This document shows positions 27,377 through 37,887 of a stretch of DNA of 64,000 nt, one piece after another. Each line of letters opens with the position of its first letter. The stretch's first letter is position 1. Source of the DNA: an uncultured virus (IMG/VR IMGVR_UViG_3300035501_001058) (Duplodnaviria; Heunggongvirae; Uroviricota; Caudoviricetes); the IMG/VR virus record IMGVR_UViG_3300035501_001058; one strand, 5' to 3'. Both the position numbers and the translations under genes were made by a program. Under the pieces are notes generated by a model. It was not told the origin of the DNA. It made no database searches and saw nothing but the letters and a program-made list of their open reading frames with translations.

Positions 27377-28786
27377 ATGAATGAATTCAATCCATATGGT
27401 GATAATGCACCACCACAAAATTTAAATAGTGCACAACAAGAGTTATATGGTAATATGCAAAATTACAATCAGTCACAGTTCAATCAAAATCAGCAAGTTC
27501 AGCAAACATACTATGGTAATTCACCAAATGTTCCACAGCAGAATATGAATAATGGAAGTCCTAAAAAGTCTAAAGCAGGTTTAATTATAGGGATAATAGT
27601 AATTGCCATAGCTTTAATTATTGCAGCAATTGCAGTTATCATAATTAAAGCACAAAAGCTGAATAATGGTTTTAGTGCAAGAGATGATGCAATTATTTCT
27701 ATGTTCACTGCAATAAATAGTAAAGATTCTGATGGGATATATAAATGTTTCCCTGATAAAAAGCTATTAACATCTGAAAGTGAAGCACAAATAGATGAAC
27801 TAATTGATATGTTTACATCAGATGAATTAGATTTTACCGTTGATTATGAAAATCGTACTATACAGTCTGAAGCAAATCTATCAAGCAGTGATATAAAAAC
27901 CGCATATAGCCTTAGAGCAGATAGTGGATATGAGGTAACTTACACTGTACCTTTTACACAGATAGTAGACGGTAGTACTTACACAGGTACAGAAGATTTC
28001 AGTATAGTATTAGCTTATACACAAAAGAAATGGGTAATCCTTGCATTTAGTGCTGACCAAGATTCTGTTGTTATCAATGATTATGTTACTGTAGACGATA
28101 ACAATAATTTAGATGAGTTAAATGACTCAGAGGAAGTTATTCCAGAATACGCAACAGAAGCTTCTGAAGATATCACTAATTCAGAGGAATTAGGTGGCTC
28201 AGAAAATGCTATAGAGAGTGAAGAAGAAAACACATCTGTGACAAATACAGCAAATGTGGATATTACATCAGGTGAAATATCTATTAACAGCAAGAGCTAT
28301 GTAATTCCATTCAAATATTCTGAAATTAAAGATGAATACTCGTTTAATGTCACAGACTATAGTAATGGCGATACTGAATATGATGAAAACTATGTATTAA
28401 ATCAAGGTAATGAGATTTACGGTATTACACTTGATTCAGTTAAGAATCCTGATTCTTACTTATATTTAAGTGTACACTTGTGTAACCCTACTAGTGAAAT
28501 CTTAACTATTTATGATGCGTATATTAATAATATAAGTTGCTATACAGACTCAAGGTATCCTGATGATCCAGTTATAGTTGTACCAGGTGGAGGTACATGG
28601 AATATGACACAGGAAGAAGTCGTTGCAATATATGGTACGCCTGAAGATGATAATCTTTATGTAAGTGAAGATGAGGATTATGCAAGTTACACATATGAAC
28701 AAATTGATGAATCTAATAGATACTGGACTCTCAGATTTATATTTTCTGGTAATAAAGTGACAGATATAGATTACTATTACTATTAA
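27377..28786 (+). CDS. Membrane-anchored protein (Q/N-rich N-terminus, one TM, acidic extracellular domains)
   Basis: Composition and PKKSKAGLIIGIIV TM; MTQEEVVAIYGTP near the C-terminus. Confidence 0.8.
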   Translation: MNEFNPYGDNAPPQNLNSAQQELYGNMQNYNQSQFNQNQQVQQTYYGNSPNVPQQNMNNGSPKKSKAGLIIGIIVIAIALIIAAIAVIIIKAQKLNNGFSARDDAIISMFTAINSKDSDGIYKCFPDKKLLTSESEAQIDELIDMFTSDELDFTVDYENRTIQSEANLSSSDIKTAYSLRADSGYEVTYTVPFTQIVDGSTYTGTEDFSIVLAYTQKKWVILAFSADQDSVVINDYVTVDDNNNLDELNDSEEVIPEYATEASEDITNSEELGGSENAIESEEENTSVTNTANVDITSGEISINSKSYVIPFKYSEIKDEYSFNVTDYSNGDTEYDENYVLNQGNEIYGITLDSVKNPDSYLYLSVHLCNPTSEILTIYDAYINNISCYTDSRYPDDPVIVVPGGGTWNMTQEEVVAIYGTPEDDNLYVSEDEDYASYTYEQIDESNRYWTLRFIFSGNKVTDIDYYYY

Positions 28787-28804
28787 ATAATGGAGGTTAA
28801 ATTT

Positions 28805-29815
28805 ATGAAAATAAAAAGAATTATTGCAGGAGTATTATCTGCCATATTGCTGTTGTGTATTGTTCCGCAAATATCTGTTAAAGCTGCTAGTACAACAACA
28901 ATAAACTTTGCAGAGCTTAAAGTTACTGAACTTAGTGATATGGACGACATTGGCATGAAAGCCGAGGGTTCTTGGTCAGTCGCCTGGAATTTTACTGATT
29001 CAAAAGATGGAGAAGAACAGTATAGCTATGGCAAATTTACCATTCCCAAGGATAGTATAGTGTGTATAAGTGCTTCAGTTGAAAATCCAGGCACCTTTCC
29101 AACTTATAAATACTATTTATATGGGACAGAAAGTATGGGTACAGAAATAGACCATCAGCATAATGGAACAGGTGTATTTGATACTAATTATACTGATGTA
29201 AGATATACTTACTATGAATTAAAAGCTGGTACTTATTATGTAAAGTCAGTGTGTAATTCAGAATTTTCTGACTATGTAAAAGATGCTTATTCTAAATTAA
29301 CAATTGCTTATGTACCTACTGATAAATCTGTTAAGTTTTCTAAAAAAGTTAATAAGACTAAAACAAAGACAACTGTTACTGTTAATGAAAAGTTTATTTT
29401 TGGAGAAGCTTATAGCTTACAATATGTAAAAGGTAGAGTTGGTGCTAATGATAGTAGCTGGAAATCTGCTAAAGATATTTCAACTGCAACTAATTCTTTT
29501 ACGGTAAGTAAGAATGGTTGGTATACAATAAAAATAAAGGATAAACAGAACGGTACATATTGGTATAGATATGTAAAAATCACAGGTATAGATAAAACTA
29601 AGCCAACAGTAACAGGTGTCAAAAATGGAAAAAAGTACAAAAAGACTGTCACCATCAAATTCAAAGACAACAAAAAGGGTAGTGGTATCAAGAAAGCTAC
29701 ATTAAATGGCAAGAAGATTAAATCAGGGAAGAAAGTATCAAAGAAGGGTAAGTATACTTTAGTAGTAACAGATAAAGCAGGAAACAAAAAGACTATTAAG
29801 TTTACTATTAAATAA
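28805..29815 (+). CDS. Secreted protein with Ig-like and basic C-terminal domains (paralogue 1)
   Basis: Signal peptide ending VKA; DKTKPTVTGVKNGKKY...GKYTLVVTDKAGN. Confidence 0.8.
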   Translation: MKIKRIIAGVLSAILLLCIVPQISVKAASTTTINFAELKVTELSDMDDIGMKAEGSWSVAWNFTDSKDGEEQYSYGKFTIPKDSIVCISASVENPGTFPTYKYYLYGTESMGTEIDHQHNGTGVFDTNYTDVRYTYYELKAGTYYVKSVCNSEFSDYVKDAYSKLTIAYVPTDKSVKFSKKVNKTKTKTTVTVNEKFIFGEAYSLQYVKGRVGANDSSWKSAKDISTATNSFTVSKNGWYTIKIKDKQNGTYWYRYVKITGIDKTKPTVTGVKNGKKYKKTVTIKFKDNKKGSGIKKATLNGKKIKSGKKVSKKGKYTLVVTDKAGNKKTIKFTIK

Positions 29816-29829
29816 TGGAGGTTATATTT

Positions 29830-30813
29830 ATGAAAATAAAAAGAATTATAGCAGGAGTATTAGCAGTTATATTACTTTTAGGTATTGTTCCATTATCATC
29901 GGTTAAAGCCGCAACTAGTTTTGAGACTTTAAGGGTAACTGAACTCAGTGATATGGACGATTTTAGTGTAAAAGCAGAGAAGTCATGGGAGATTAAGTGG
30001 AATTTTACTGAAGAGCAGACTACAGAACAATCATATTATGGTAAGTTTACCATAACTAAGGACAGTAGAGTCTGTATAAGTGCTAATGTAGAAAACCCAG
30101 GAAGTGTTCAAAAGTATACATATTATTTATATGGTACTGAAAGTATGGGAACAGATTTAGACAGTCAGGAATATGGATGCTGGGTTCTTTACGAAGATGA
30201 AGTAAGATATACATATTACGACTTAAAGGCTGGTACTTATTACATAAAGAATACATGCAAGCTTAATGGAAAGAGTTCTATAAGTGGTGCAACATCAAAG
30301 ATGATTATTGCTACAGTACCAAGTAATAAAGATACTAGTTTTTCTCAGAAGGCTAATAAAACTAAAACAAAAGTAACAGTTAATGTTAATGAAAAGCTTC
30401 TTATTGGTGAACCATACAGGATACAGTATTTAGAGGGTAAGGTAAGCAGTAATGGTAATTGGAATTATTCTACCAATATAACAGCAACTAAATCCTTTAC
30501 AGTAAATAAAAATGGTTGGTATACCGTTAGATTTGAAGATAAAGAATGGGGAACATATTGGTATAGATATGTAAAAGTAACGGGAATAGACAAAACCAAA
30601 CCAACAGTGACAGGCGTTAAGAATGGTAAGAAGTATAAGAAAGCTGTTACGATAAAATTCAAAGATAATAAAGGTGGTAGTGGTATTAAGAAAGCCACTC
30701 TTAATGGCAAGAAAATAAAGTCCGGTAAGAAAGTATCCAAAAAGGGCAAATACACTTTAGTTGTAAAGGATAAGGCAGGTAACAAAAAGACAATTAAGTT
30801 TACAATAAAGTAG
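29830..30813 (+). CDS. Secreted protein with Ig-like and basic C-terminal domains (paralogue 2)
   Basis: Tandem paralogue of 28805-29815. Confidence 0.8.
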   Translation: MKIKRIIAGVLAVILLLGIVPLSSVKAATSFETLRVTELSDMDDFSVKAEKSWEIKWNFTEEQTTEQSYYGKFTITKDSRVCISANVENPGSVQKYTYYLYGTESMGTDLDSQEYGCWVLYEDEVRYTYYDLKAGTYYIKNTCKLNGKSSISGATSKMIIATVPSNKDTSFSQKANKTKTKVTVNVNEKLLIGEPYRIQYLEGKVSSNGNWNYSTNITATKSFTVNKNGWYTVRFEDKEWGTYWYRYVKVTGIDKTKPTVTGVKNGKKYKKAVTIKFKDNKGGSGIKKATLNGKKIKSGKKVSKKGKYTLVVKDKAGNKKTIKFTIK

Positions 30814-30818
30814 TTAGA

Positions 30819-30851
30819 GGAGAGGGCAGAATAAAATCTGCTCTTTCTTTT
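30819..30851 (+). terminator. Intrinsic terminator (variant core)
   Basis: GGAGAGGGC-AGAATAAAATCT-GCTCTTTCT then T run. Confidence 0.7.
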
Positions 30852-30885
30852 AGTAGTATTTTCAGAAATATATCTTTAAGAAAGG

Positions 30886-31158
30886 GTGAGCTTAATGGAT
30901 AAAAGAACGTTAGTAAAAAATTTTGTAGATGAGTGTGGTAAAATAAGAGAACTCTCTGTAACAGAAAAGGACGCTAGAGAAGAAAGAAGTTTTTCTTTTA
31001 ATGGACTTCGTAGAGAAGCAAATACTGAAAATGCTAATAATCTTTATGCAATCCTTATGATTATGGAGACTATGGAATTAACTCATACAGAGTGTGAAGA
31101 TTTATTGCATGATATAGAATTTGTAATAAATAATAAAGTTACAATGAAACTCACATAA
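30886..31158 (+). CDS. Hypothetical protein
   Basis: ORF with AAGGGTGA RBS (ATG 30895 likely start). Confidence 0.65.
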   Translation: MSLMDKRTLVKNFVDECGKIRELSVTEKDAREERSFSFNGLRREANTENANNLYAILMIMETMELTHTECEDLLHDIEFVINNKVTMKLT

Positions 31159-31340
31159 ATCCTGTGCAGTACTTAGTTTTGATTGAAAATTCAGCAAACT
31201 AAGATGAAAATGTTAATAAATGGTTAAAAATCTTGATAGTTTGTTGGGTGAAAAACCTTAAAATGTTACTGTTGAAATTATTATAATATAAGATAAAAGT
31301 AAATAGATAAACAAGATGATAAGCAAAGAGCTTTATTATA

Positions 31341-31612
31341 AATAACCGTTTTGGTGATTCTTCCTTTAGGTGTGACTAGTGTAACAGCTAGTCACATTTT
31401 TTGTTGCTAAAAATATAGCAACAGTACAGTATCTATAGAGTTTGTTACACCTTTTTCCCATTCCTCTAATGGATACTGTAAGTACAGCTAGTATAGTAGC
31501 TAGCTGTATTTTCACCTCTCTTTTATTTGGGTAGCTGGTAAAACAGCTACCTATTTGTATTTAAGATGATTATTACTGGGCAGTTAGTCTACAAACGGTC
31601 TTCCTGTCTTTT
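31341..31612 (+). ncRNA. Second putative multi-hairpin RNA cluster
   Basis: Five or six stems separated by CU-rich tracts; G-U pairs favour the + strand; no ORF. Confidence 0.5.
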
Positions 31613-31653
31613 AAGTTTTTTAACTTAAAATAATTAAAGAAGGAGTGACTAAT

Positions 31654-32688
31654 ATGAAGAATTACTTGAAAAGACTAATTGCTGTGATTATAGCAGCATG
31701 CATAGCAATCGGTTGTGTAGGTGCTAATAATGTTGATGTTTTTGCTGCATCATCAACAAAAATTTTTGAAGAAACTATAAAAGGTGCTACTGCTTGGTCA
31801 GTCTGTAATCTTAAGATTTATGAATCTGGTTCTACAACTTCCAAAGTAGTTAAGACAATCAGCCCTGGAACTAGAATGAAGATTACATCATCTGATGAAA
31901 GTTCTAAAACATGGTGGACAGTTAGTTGCACTGTAGGTGGAAAGACTTATAAAGGTTGGGTACAGCATGCTTACTGTATGATAAATCTTCCAGATGTCGA
32001 AACATCTATTGTGTATAATATCACTAATAATTCTAGCTCAATATACAAATCATCAGGATATAACTTGGCAGGAGTTACAGGTAAAAATTTATACAGTAGC
32101 AGTAAAGTCTATAGCAGCAAGTCATACAAAGGAAGAAGTATTTGTCCAGTAACATACAGTACAGCAAAGAAGATAGCTAAGGCAGAAAAATCTGCATTGA
32201 AAGATGGATACTGTTTAAAGATTTATGATGCTTACAGGCCTTATAGTGTTTCCAAGAAAATCAGAGATTCTCTGAATAATCTGTATAAGAGTAACTCTAC
32301 AGTAAAAGCTGGGATAGATTATAGCTATGGAGCATCTGGAACTAGATACACCTGGGGACAAGGTTGGTTTTTAGCACAGAGTATTTCAAGTCATAATACA
32401 GGTTCTGCTATTGATGTTACATTATGTAATAGCAAGACAAAGAAAGAGTCCACTATGCCTACTAAAATGCACGAGTTATCTACAAAAGCTATAAAGTATT
32501 ATAGTGGCTCTTGTAGCAAATCATCTACTAATTATTCAAAAGAAATGAATGCAGTAGCTAAGAAAATGGATAAGTACTTTACAGATGCAGGGATGACAAC
32601 ACTAGCATCTGAATGGTGGCATTTTCAGGATCAGAGTTCACATAATTTAATAAAGAATATAAGTGGATTTACAAGTTTTAATTTCTAA
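31654..32688 (+). CDS. Secreted SH3-like plus M15 (VanX-type) D-Ala-D-Ala peptidase
   Basis: Signal peptide; WW.V...GWV SH3-like segment; IYDAYRP, SSHNTGSAIDVT and EWWHF. Confidence 0.88.
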   Translation: MKNYLKRLIAVIIAACIAIGCVGANNVDVFAASSTKIFEETIKGATAWSVCNLKIYESGSTTSKVVKTISPGTRMKITSSDESSKTWWTVSCTVGGKTYKGWVQHAYCMINLPDVETSIVYNITNNSSSIYKSSGYNLAGVTGKNLYSSSKVYSSKSYKGRSICPVTYSTAKKIAKAEKSALKDGYCLKIYDAYRPYSVSKKIRDSLNNLYKSNSTVKAGIDYSYGASGTRYTWGQGWFLAQSISSHNTGSAIDVTLCNSKTKKESTMPTKMHELSTKAIKYYSGSCSKSSTNYSKEMNAVAKKMDKYFTDAGMTTLASEWWHFQDQSSHNLIKNISGFTSFNF

Positions 32689-32709
32689 TTAATATTAATT
32701 AAAATTCAC

Positions 32710-32745
32710 GGGAGAACCTAGTGTAAAAGCTAGGTTCTTTCTTTT
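32710..32745 (+). terminator. Conserved-core hairpin
   Basis: GGGAGAACCT-AGTGTAAAAGCT-AGGTTCTTTC then TTTT. Confidence 0.8.
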
Positions 32746-32837
32746 GCTATGGCGATAGAGAGAAAGGAGGTTAAAAATGGAAGGGGATTAAATTATTTTT
32801 TGTAACAAATAACATAGTTTAGGAAAGGATGGTTTTA

Positions 32838-35800
32838 ATGTTAAGAATTAAGAAAATAGCAACTAAATTGATTGCTAGTATGCTTACAGTAGTTATGCTC
32901 ATAACCACACCTGTAAGTACAACTATGGATTTAAGTTTTGGCTCTAATGTAGATACTGTTGAGGCAGCAACAACGGATTATAGTGGTACAATACCTTGTT
33001 CCGAAGGTTCATTATCGTGGAAGTTTACAGCTTCCACGGGTGTATTGTCATTTAGTGGAACGGGTACACCGTCATTGACTAATGCAGCATATTCTACCGC
33101 ATGGTCTAGTATTTATACAGATGCTGGGTGGGGTAATTACTTAAATGAAGTTACTTCTATTGATACATCAGGTGCAACTATTAAATTGGTAGCTCAGAAT
33201 GGTATGTATATGTTTAATAATTTTACGCACGTTACTTCAATAGATGTAAGTGGTATCGACACTAGTAAAGCTACTAATTTAAGTAGCATGTTTCAAAATT
33301 GTCTGTATTTAACAGAGATTAAAGGGTTAACAAATTTTAACACATCTAAAGTTGGTTGGATGACAAAAATGTTTTATGGCTGCCCTATGCTTTCAACAAT
33401 TGATGTAAGTAGCTTTGACACTTCTAATGTGTATGAGATGGATTATATGTTTTCTAAAACTGGTATAACAGATATAAAACTAATTAGTGCCTTTAATTGG
33501 GATAATGTTACTAATTGTTCATATATGTTTCAGGGGTGCAATAGCATAAATGGTGGTGTTGATTTTAAAGCTAATTTACCAAATGTTACGGATATGGATG
33601 GAATGTTTTCACAATGTGCACAGATTTCTATAATATGGTTTAATATTACTGCCCCTAAGCTAAATAGTTTAAGAAATTGTTTTTCCGGATGTGTAGGGTT
33701 AGCGACTGGTGTAATAACCATTAATACAGATTCTGATAGTGTAGATTATTATGCATTATTTTATGGAGATAGTGAATTAAGTGCAGTTGGTTTTACAGGT
33801 AATGTAGACATGACTGATTCAACTTATGTATATTATGGATGTTCAAATCTAGGTACTGTTAATGTAAATTCTAATATTGAAAAGGTTATAATGCCTACAT
33901 ATAGTAGATTTAATAGTTTAGGTTATTCTGGTTCAACAGCATGGATATGTAGTTCAGATAATTTAGTTTATTCTGCTGGAGCTATAGCACAAGCAAGTAA
34001 GTCAACTATGCCATACTTCGTGCCAATAGCGCCTCAGGTTACTTTTAATGTGTATGGTTTGGACAAGACTACCTGTACAAAAGTTGTTTATTATCAGAAT
34101 AAAGGATGCCTTGTAGATTCATCAAAGGCAGCAACAAGTGGTAACTTTACCTCTACAGTTATAGATTTACCTGCAACTCCGACGGGATACACTTTGAATG
34201 GTTACTATGAAGATTCAAGTTACACCAAGGAAAATACTTATGGTTTAACAACAAAAGGTACAATTATTCCTAGTAGTTTTGTAACTTCAACAAGTGCTTA
34301 CACAGATGGTATAGATATTTATGCTAAATATACACCAATAGAGTATAAAATCACATATAAGTTGGATGGAGGTACTAACAATAGTGCTAACCCTAGTACC
34401 TATACCATAGAAGACCACTATACTCTTGCAGAACCAACAAAAGAGGGGTATACATTTGCAGGTTGGTATGGAGACTCTTCTTTTACAACTAAGTTTGTAA
34501 ATACTACATATGGTAGTTTAGTTGTATATGCAAAATGGGAAAAGGATGCTTGTATTCATACTACGACAACAGTTAAGAATGCAGTAACGGCTACATGTGG
34601 CACAGCAGGTTACACAGGTGACACATACTGTTCAGATTGTGGAGAATTAGTAAGTTCAGGCTCGACCATTAATGCTACAGGAAATCATACATGGAATTCA
34701 GGAGTAGTTACTACAGCAGCAACTTGTAAAGCTACAGGTGTTAAGACTTACACATGTTCAGTATGTGGTACAACAAAGACAGAAGCAATCGCAAAGTTAA
34801 CAACTCATACATGGAATTCAGGAGTAGTTACTACAGCAGCTACTTGTGCAAAAGCAGGTATAAAAACCTATACATGTACAGTATGTGGTGAAACAAAGAC
34901 TGAAACAATTGCTAAGACAACAGAACACACCTTAAAGCAGACATCAATAGACAAAGAAGCAACATGTTCGACAACAGGTAAAGCTACTTACACATGTACA
35001 GTGTGTGGTACTACTCAGACATCAACAATTGCTATAGACTCAAGTAATCATGATTGGGTATTAAAAGAGACTATTACTGAAGCAACATGTTCAACAACAG
35101 GTGTAGGCTATTATGTATGCTCTTATTGTGGTAAGTCTAAGAAAGATGAAATTGCTGAAGATTCTACTAATCACAATTGGGAATTAAATAAAACTGTTGA
35201 GGAAGCTACTTGTAAAACTGAAGGAACAGGAATATATGTATGTTCTTATTGTGGTAAGTCTAAGAAAGATGTGATTGCTAAAGATTCATCTAAACATAAC
35301 TGGGAATTAGATTACACTGTTGAAGAAGCTACATGTATTTCAGCAGGTACAGGAATTTATGTATGTTCTGTATGTGGCGAAGATAAAGAAGGCTCTATTG
35401 ATAAACTTAGCCATACAGCAAAGAAGGAATATTCACAAGTTGCTACATGTTCTCAGCAGGGTAAGTACACTACAACATGTTCTGTATGTGGTACTTGGAT
35501 TAACTCCGGAACAGAGGTTAAGAATAAAAATAATCATGTAAACACTGCTATAGAAAATACAGTAGAAGCTACATGTACTACTAGTGGATACACAGGAGAT
35601 ACAGTATGCCAGGATTGTGGAACTGTAATATCAGAGGGTAGTGTAGTAGATGCAACTGGACATACATGGGATTCAGGTATAGTTAAAACTCAGGCAACAA
35701 CTACTTCAACAGGTATTAAGTTATATACCTGTAAGACTTGTGGTGAGACTAAGGAGACTGTTATTCCAAAGTTAAGTTCTACTGAAACAACAGAAAAGAC

Positions 35801-36668
35801 TACTGAAACAACAGAAAAGTCAACTGAAGAAACAACAGAAAAGACTACTGAGAAGGTAACAACTGAAGAAACAACAGAAAAGACTACTGAGAAATCAACT
35901 GAAGAAACCACAGAAAAGTCTACCGAGAAGTCAACAGAGGCTTCAACGGAGAAGTCAACAGAAAAAGTAACTGAAGAGGCAACAGAGGCTTCAACAGAAA
36001 ATACTACAGAAAAAGCTACTGAATCTAGTACAGAAACATTAACTGAAGCTGATAAAGAAATATCAACTGAGAAGACTACTGAAAAGGTAATTTCAGAAAA
36101 AGATACCAACAAAGGTACAACAAGTACAAAGAAGACTCAGAAGATTACAGGTGTTAAGTCTAAGTACACTAAAGTTTATGGTAGTAAAGCATTTACCTTA
36201 AAAGCTAAATCAAATGGCAACGGGGTAATTACTTATAAATCCTCAAATAAGAAAGTTCTTACTGTTAACAAAGTAGGAAAAGTAACAATCAAGGGTACAG
36301 GAAAAGCTACTATAACAATAAAAGCTAGTGTTACTTCAACTTACAAAGCTACTTCTAAGAAGATAACAGTAATTGTAAAACCTAAGAAAGAAAAGATTAG
36401 TAAAGTATCCTCTACTAAGGGTAAATTAAGTATTTCTTGGAAGAAGGATAAAAAGGTTAGTGGTTATCAGGTAGTGGTTGCTACAAATAAGAAGTTTACT
36501 AAAAATGTAAGCAAATACACAGTAAAGTCAAGTAAGAAAGTTAAATTAACTATATTAAAATTAGCCTCTGGTAAAACATACTATGTCAAGATCAGAGGTT
36601 ACAAAACTATAAACGGTAAAAAGGTTTATGGTAAATACAGTAAAGTTAAAAAAGTTACAATTAAATAA
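32838..36668 (+). CDS. Large surface protein: BspA/DUF285-type LRR, InlB B-type repeat, CxxC repeats, T/E/K linker, Ig-like and FN3 domains
   Basis: FDTSNV..M..MF repeats; PTKEGYTFAGWY; about 11 ATC...G..Y.C..CG repeats; TTEK repeats; YKSSNKKV.TV and SGYQV...YYVKIR. Confidence 0.88.
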   Translation: MLRIKKIATKLIASMLTVVMLITTPVSTTMDLSFGSNVDTVEAATTDYSGTIPCSEGSLSWKFTASTGVLSFSGTGTPSLTNAAYSTAWSSIYTDAGWGNYLNEVTSIDTSGATIKLVAQNGMYMFNNFTHVTSIDVSGIDTSKATNLSSMFQNCLYLTEIKGLTNFNTSKVGWMTKMFYGCPMLSTIDVSSFDTSNVYEMDYMFSKTGITDIKLISAFNWDNVTNCSYMFQGCNSINGGVDFKANLPNVTDMDGMFSQCAQISIIWFNITAPKLNSLRNCFSGCVGLATGVITINTDSDSVDYYALFYGDSELSAVGFTGNVDMTDSTYVYYGCSNLGTVNVNSNIEKVIMPTYSRFNSLGYSGSTAWICSSDNLVYSAGAIAQASKSTMPYFVPIAPQVTFNVYGLDKTTCTKVVYYQNKGCLVDSSKAATSGNFTSTVIDLPATPTGYTLNGYYEDSSYTKENTYGLTTKGTIIPSSFVTSTSAYTDGIDIYAKYTPIEYKITYKLDGGTNNSANPSTYTIEDHYTLAEPTKEGYTFAGWYGDSSFTTKFVNTTYGSLVVYAKWEKDACIHTTTTVKNAVTATCGTAGYTGDTYCSDCGELVSSGSTINATGNHTWNSGVVTTAATCKATGVKTYTCSVCGTTKTEAIAKLTTHTWNSGVVTTAATCAKAGIKTYTCTVCGETKTETIAKTTEHTLKQTSIDKEATCSTTGKATYTCTVCGTTQTSTIAIDSSNHDWVLKETITEATCSTTGVGYYVCSYCGKSKKDEIAEDSTNHNWELNKTVEEATCKTEGTGIYVCSYCGKSKKDVIAKDSSKHNWELDYTVEEATCISAGTGIYVCSVCGEDKEGSIDKLSHTAKKEYSQVATCSQQGKYTTTCSVCGTWINSGTEVKNKNNHVNTAIENTVEATCTTSGYTGDTVCQDCGTVISEGSVVDATGHTWDSGIVKTQATTTSTGIKLYTCKTCGETKETVIPKLSSTETTEKTTETTEKSTEETTEKTTEKVTTEETTEKTTEKSTEETTEKSTEKSTEASTEKSTEKVTEEATEASTENTTEKATESSTETLTEADKEISTEKTTEKVISEKDTNKGTTSTKKTQKITGVKSKYTKVYGSKAFTLKAKSNGNGVITYKSSNKKVLTVNKVGKVTIKGTGKATITIKASVTSTYKATSKKITVIVKPKKEKISKVSSTKGKLSISWKKDKKVSGYQVVVATNKKFTKNVSKYTVKSSKKVKLTILKLASGKTYYVKIRGYKTINGKKVYGKYSKVKKVTIK
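35780..36095 (+). repeat. Low-complexity tandem repeats encoding the T/E/K/S linker
   Basis: Repeated ACAGAAAAG/ACTGAAGAA units (TTEK, STEE). Confidence 0.8.
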
Positions 36669-36709
36669 AACAATTAGCAGGCCTCTGTAGAAATACAGAG
36701 GTTTGTTTT

Positions 36710-37588
36710 ATGGAGAAAAATATGAAAAGGAAATTACTTATAGTTTTGAGCATAATTATTATATTGATAAATGCTCAAGGAAGGTACATGATTTCAGAGG
36801 CAGCAGATAATTACACAGAGTTAAGGTATGATCAAACTAACTTAACTAAAGGCAAGTATGAAAAAAGATGTAGTATGAAATGGAAAATAGAAGTGTACTA
36901 CGATGATCAATCTTTGGAGGCTTTTACTCCAACTAAGAAAGAATTTAGCCAAGCTGCACAATTGTGGAAAAGGTTTTGCAGTTTAAAATCTAATCAAACT
37001 TTACATCTTAACTCAAAAAGGGATTATAAAAACTTATCACATCTTATGGGTATAATAAATGCAAAATACTTAGCATACATAGGACTAGTTTATGCTGGAG
37101 GTGAGAGCGACGGTATAGTTACTATTAGCGTTAAAGGAAAAAATGTACAAAAAGCAATTAAGCAGAATAATAAATTTAAAAAGAAATGTGAAGCTGTAGT
37201 TCAAAGTTTAGGTATAAACAAGAAAACAACAGAGCATGATGCAGCATTACTAATAAATAATTACCTTATAGATAGAATAGAATATGAAGAGAATACCATT
37301 GATGATTATAAAAAGTATGAAGATTTTGTTGCAATTTATACAGGAAAAGGGATTTGTGAGGATTATGCAAGAGCTTTTTATTTTCTCACTAAAACATGTG
37401 GAATTAAATGTGGCTTAATCTATGACAATGTAATTTCAGGTGGGCATGCCTACAATGTTGTTAACATAGGAAGAAGAAATTTCTACATAGATGTCACTTG
37501 GAGTGATTCTGTCAATAATAATTCTTACTTTATGGTAAGTAAGAATTATATTTTAAGAGAACATACTATTTCTATTTTATATTGGTAA
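36710..37588 (+). CDS. Secreted transglutaminase-like domain protein
   Basis: GICEDYARAF, HAYN and YIDVTW give the Cys-His-Asp triad; signal peptide. Confidence 0.85.
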   Translation: MEKNMKRKLLIVLSIIIILINAQGRYMISEAADNYTELRYDQTNLTKGKYEKRCSMKWKIEVYYDDQSLEAFTPTKKEFSQAAQLWKRFCSLKSNQTLHLNSKRDYKNLSHLMGIINAKYLAYIGLVYAGGESDGIVTISVKGKNVQKAIKQNNKFKKKCEAVVQSLGINKKTTEHDAALLINNYLIDRIEYEENTIDDYKKYEDFVAIYTGKGICEDYARAFYFLTKTCGIKCGLIYDNVISGGHAYNVVNIGRRNFYIDVTWSDSVNNNSYFMVSKNYILREHTISILYW

Positions 37589-37602
37589 AGAAAGGAGATA
37601 AT

Positions 37603-37821
37603 ATGGAGGATTTAAAATCTTTTAATGGCAACAGCGATGTTGCAAGAAAAATGGCAGCACAGATGAGCTATTGTAAGGAGAACCACGCACCTTATTTTGT
37701 ACCTAGTAGTGGTACTTGCTATAATTGCGGAATACAGATCTATGACAATTATGATTTAGAATACTGTGGTAAAAATTTAATAACTGGGTGTCCCCGTTGT
37801 CATATAAGCTACTGTGAATAA
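37603..37821 (+). CDS. Small zinc-finger protein
   Basis: CYNC and ITGCPRCH.SYC. Confidence 0.75.
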   Translation: MEDLKSFNGNSDVARKMAAQMSYCKENHAPYFVPSSGTCYNCGIQIYDNYDLEYCGKNLITGCPRCHISYCE

Positions 37822-37859
37822 TTTAGGGAAATCTAGTGTAAAAGCTAGGTTTCTTTTTT
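37822..37859 (+). repeat. Direct repeat B1 (conserved-core terminator)
   Basis: 38/38 identical to 39027-39064. Confidence 0.92.
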
Positions 37860-37887
37860 TAAAAGTTTATGCTATAGTGAAGTAGAG

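Noticed and set aside
31654..32688. vanX vancomycin-resistance gene
   Set aside because: Has a signal peptide and extra domain; no vanH, vanA or vanRS nearby
34686..35345. Internal DNA repeats as DGR template and variable repeats
   Set aside because: They are in-frame CxxC protein repeats, differences are not adenine-specific, and no reverse transcriptase is present
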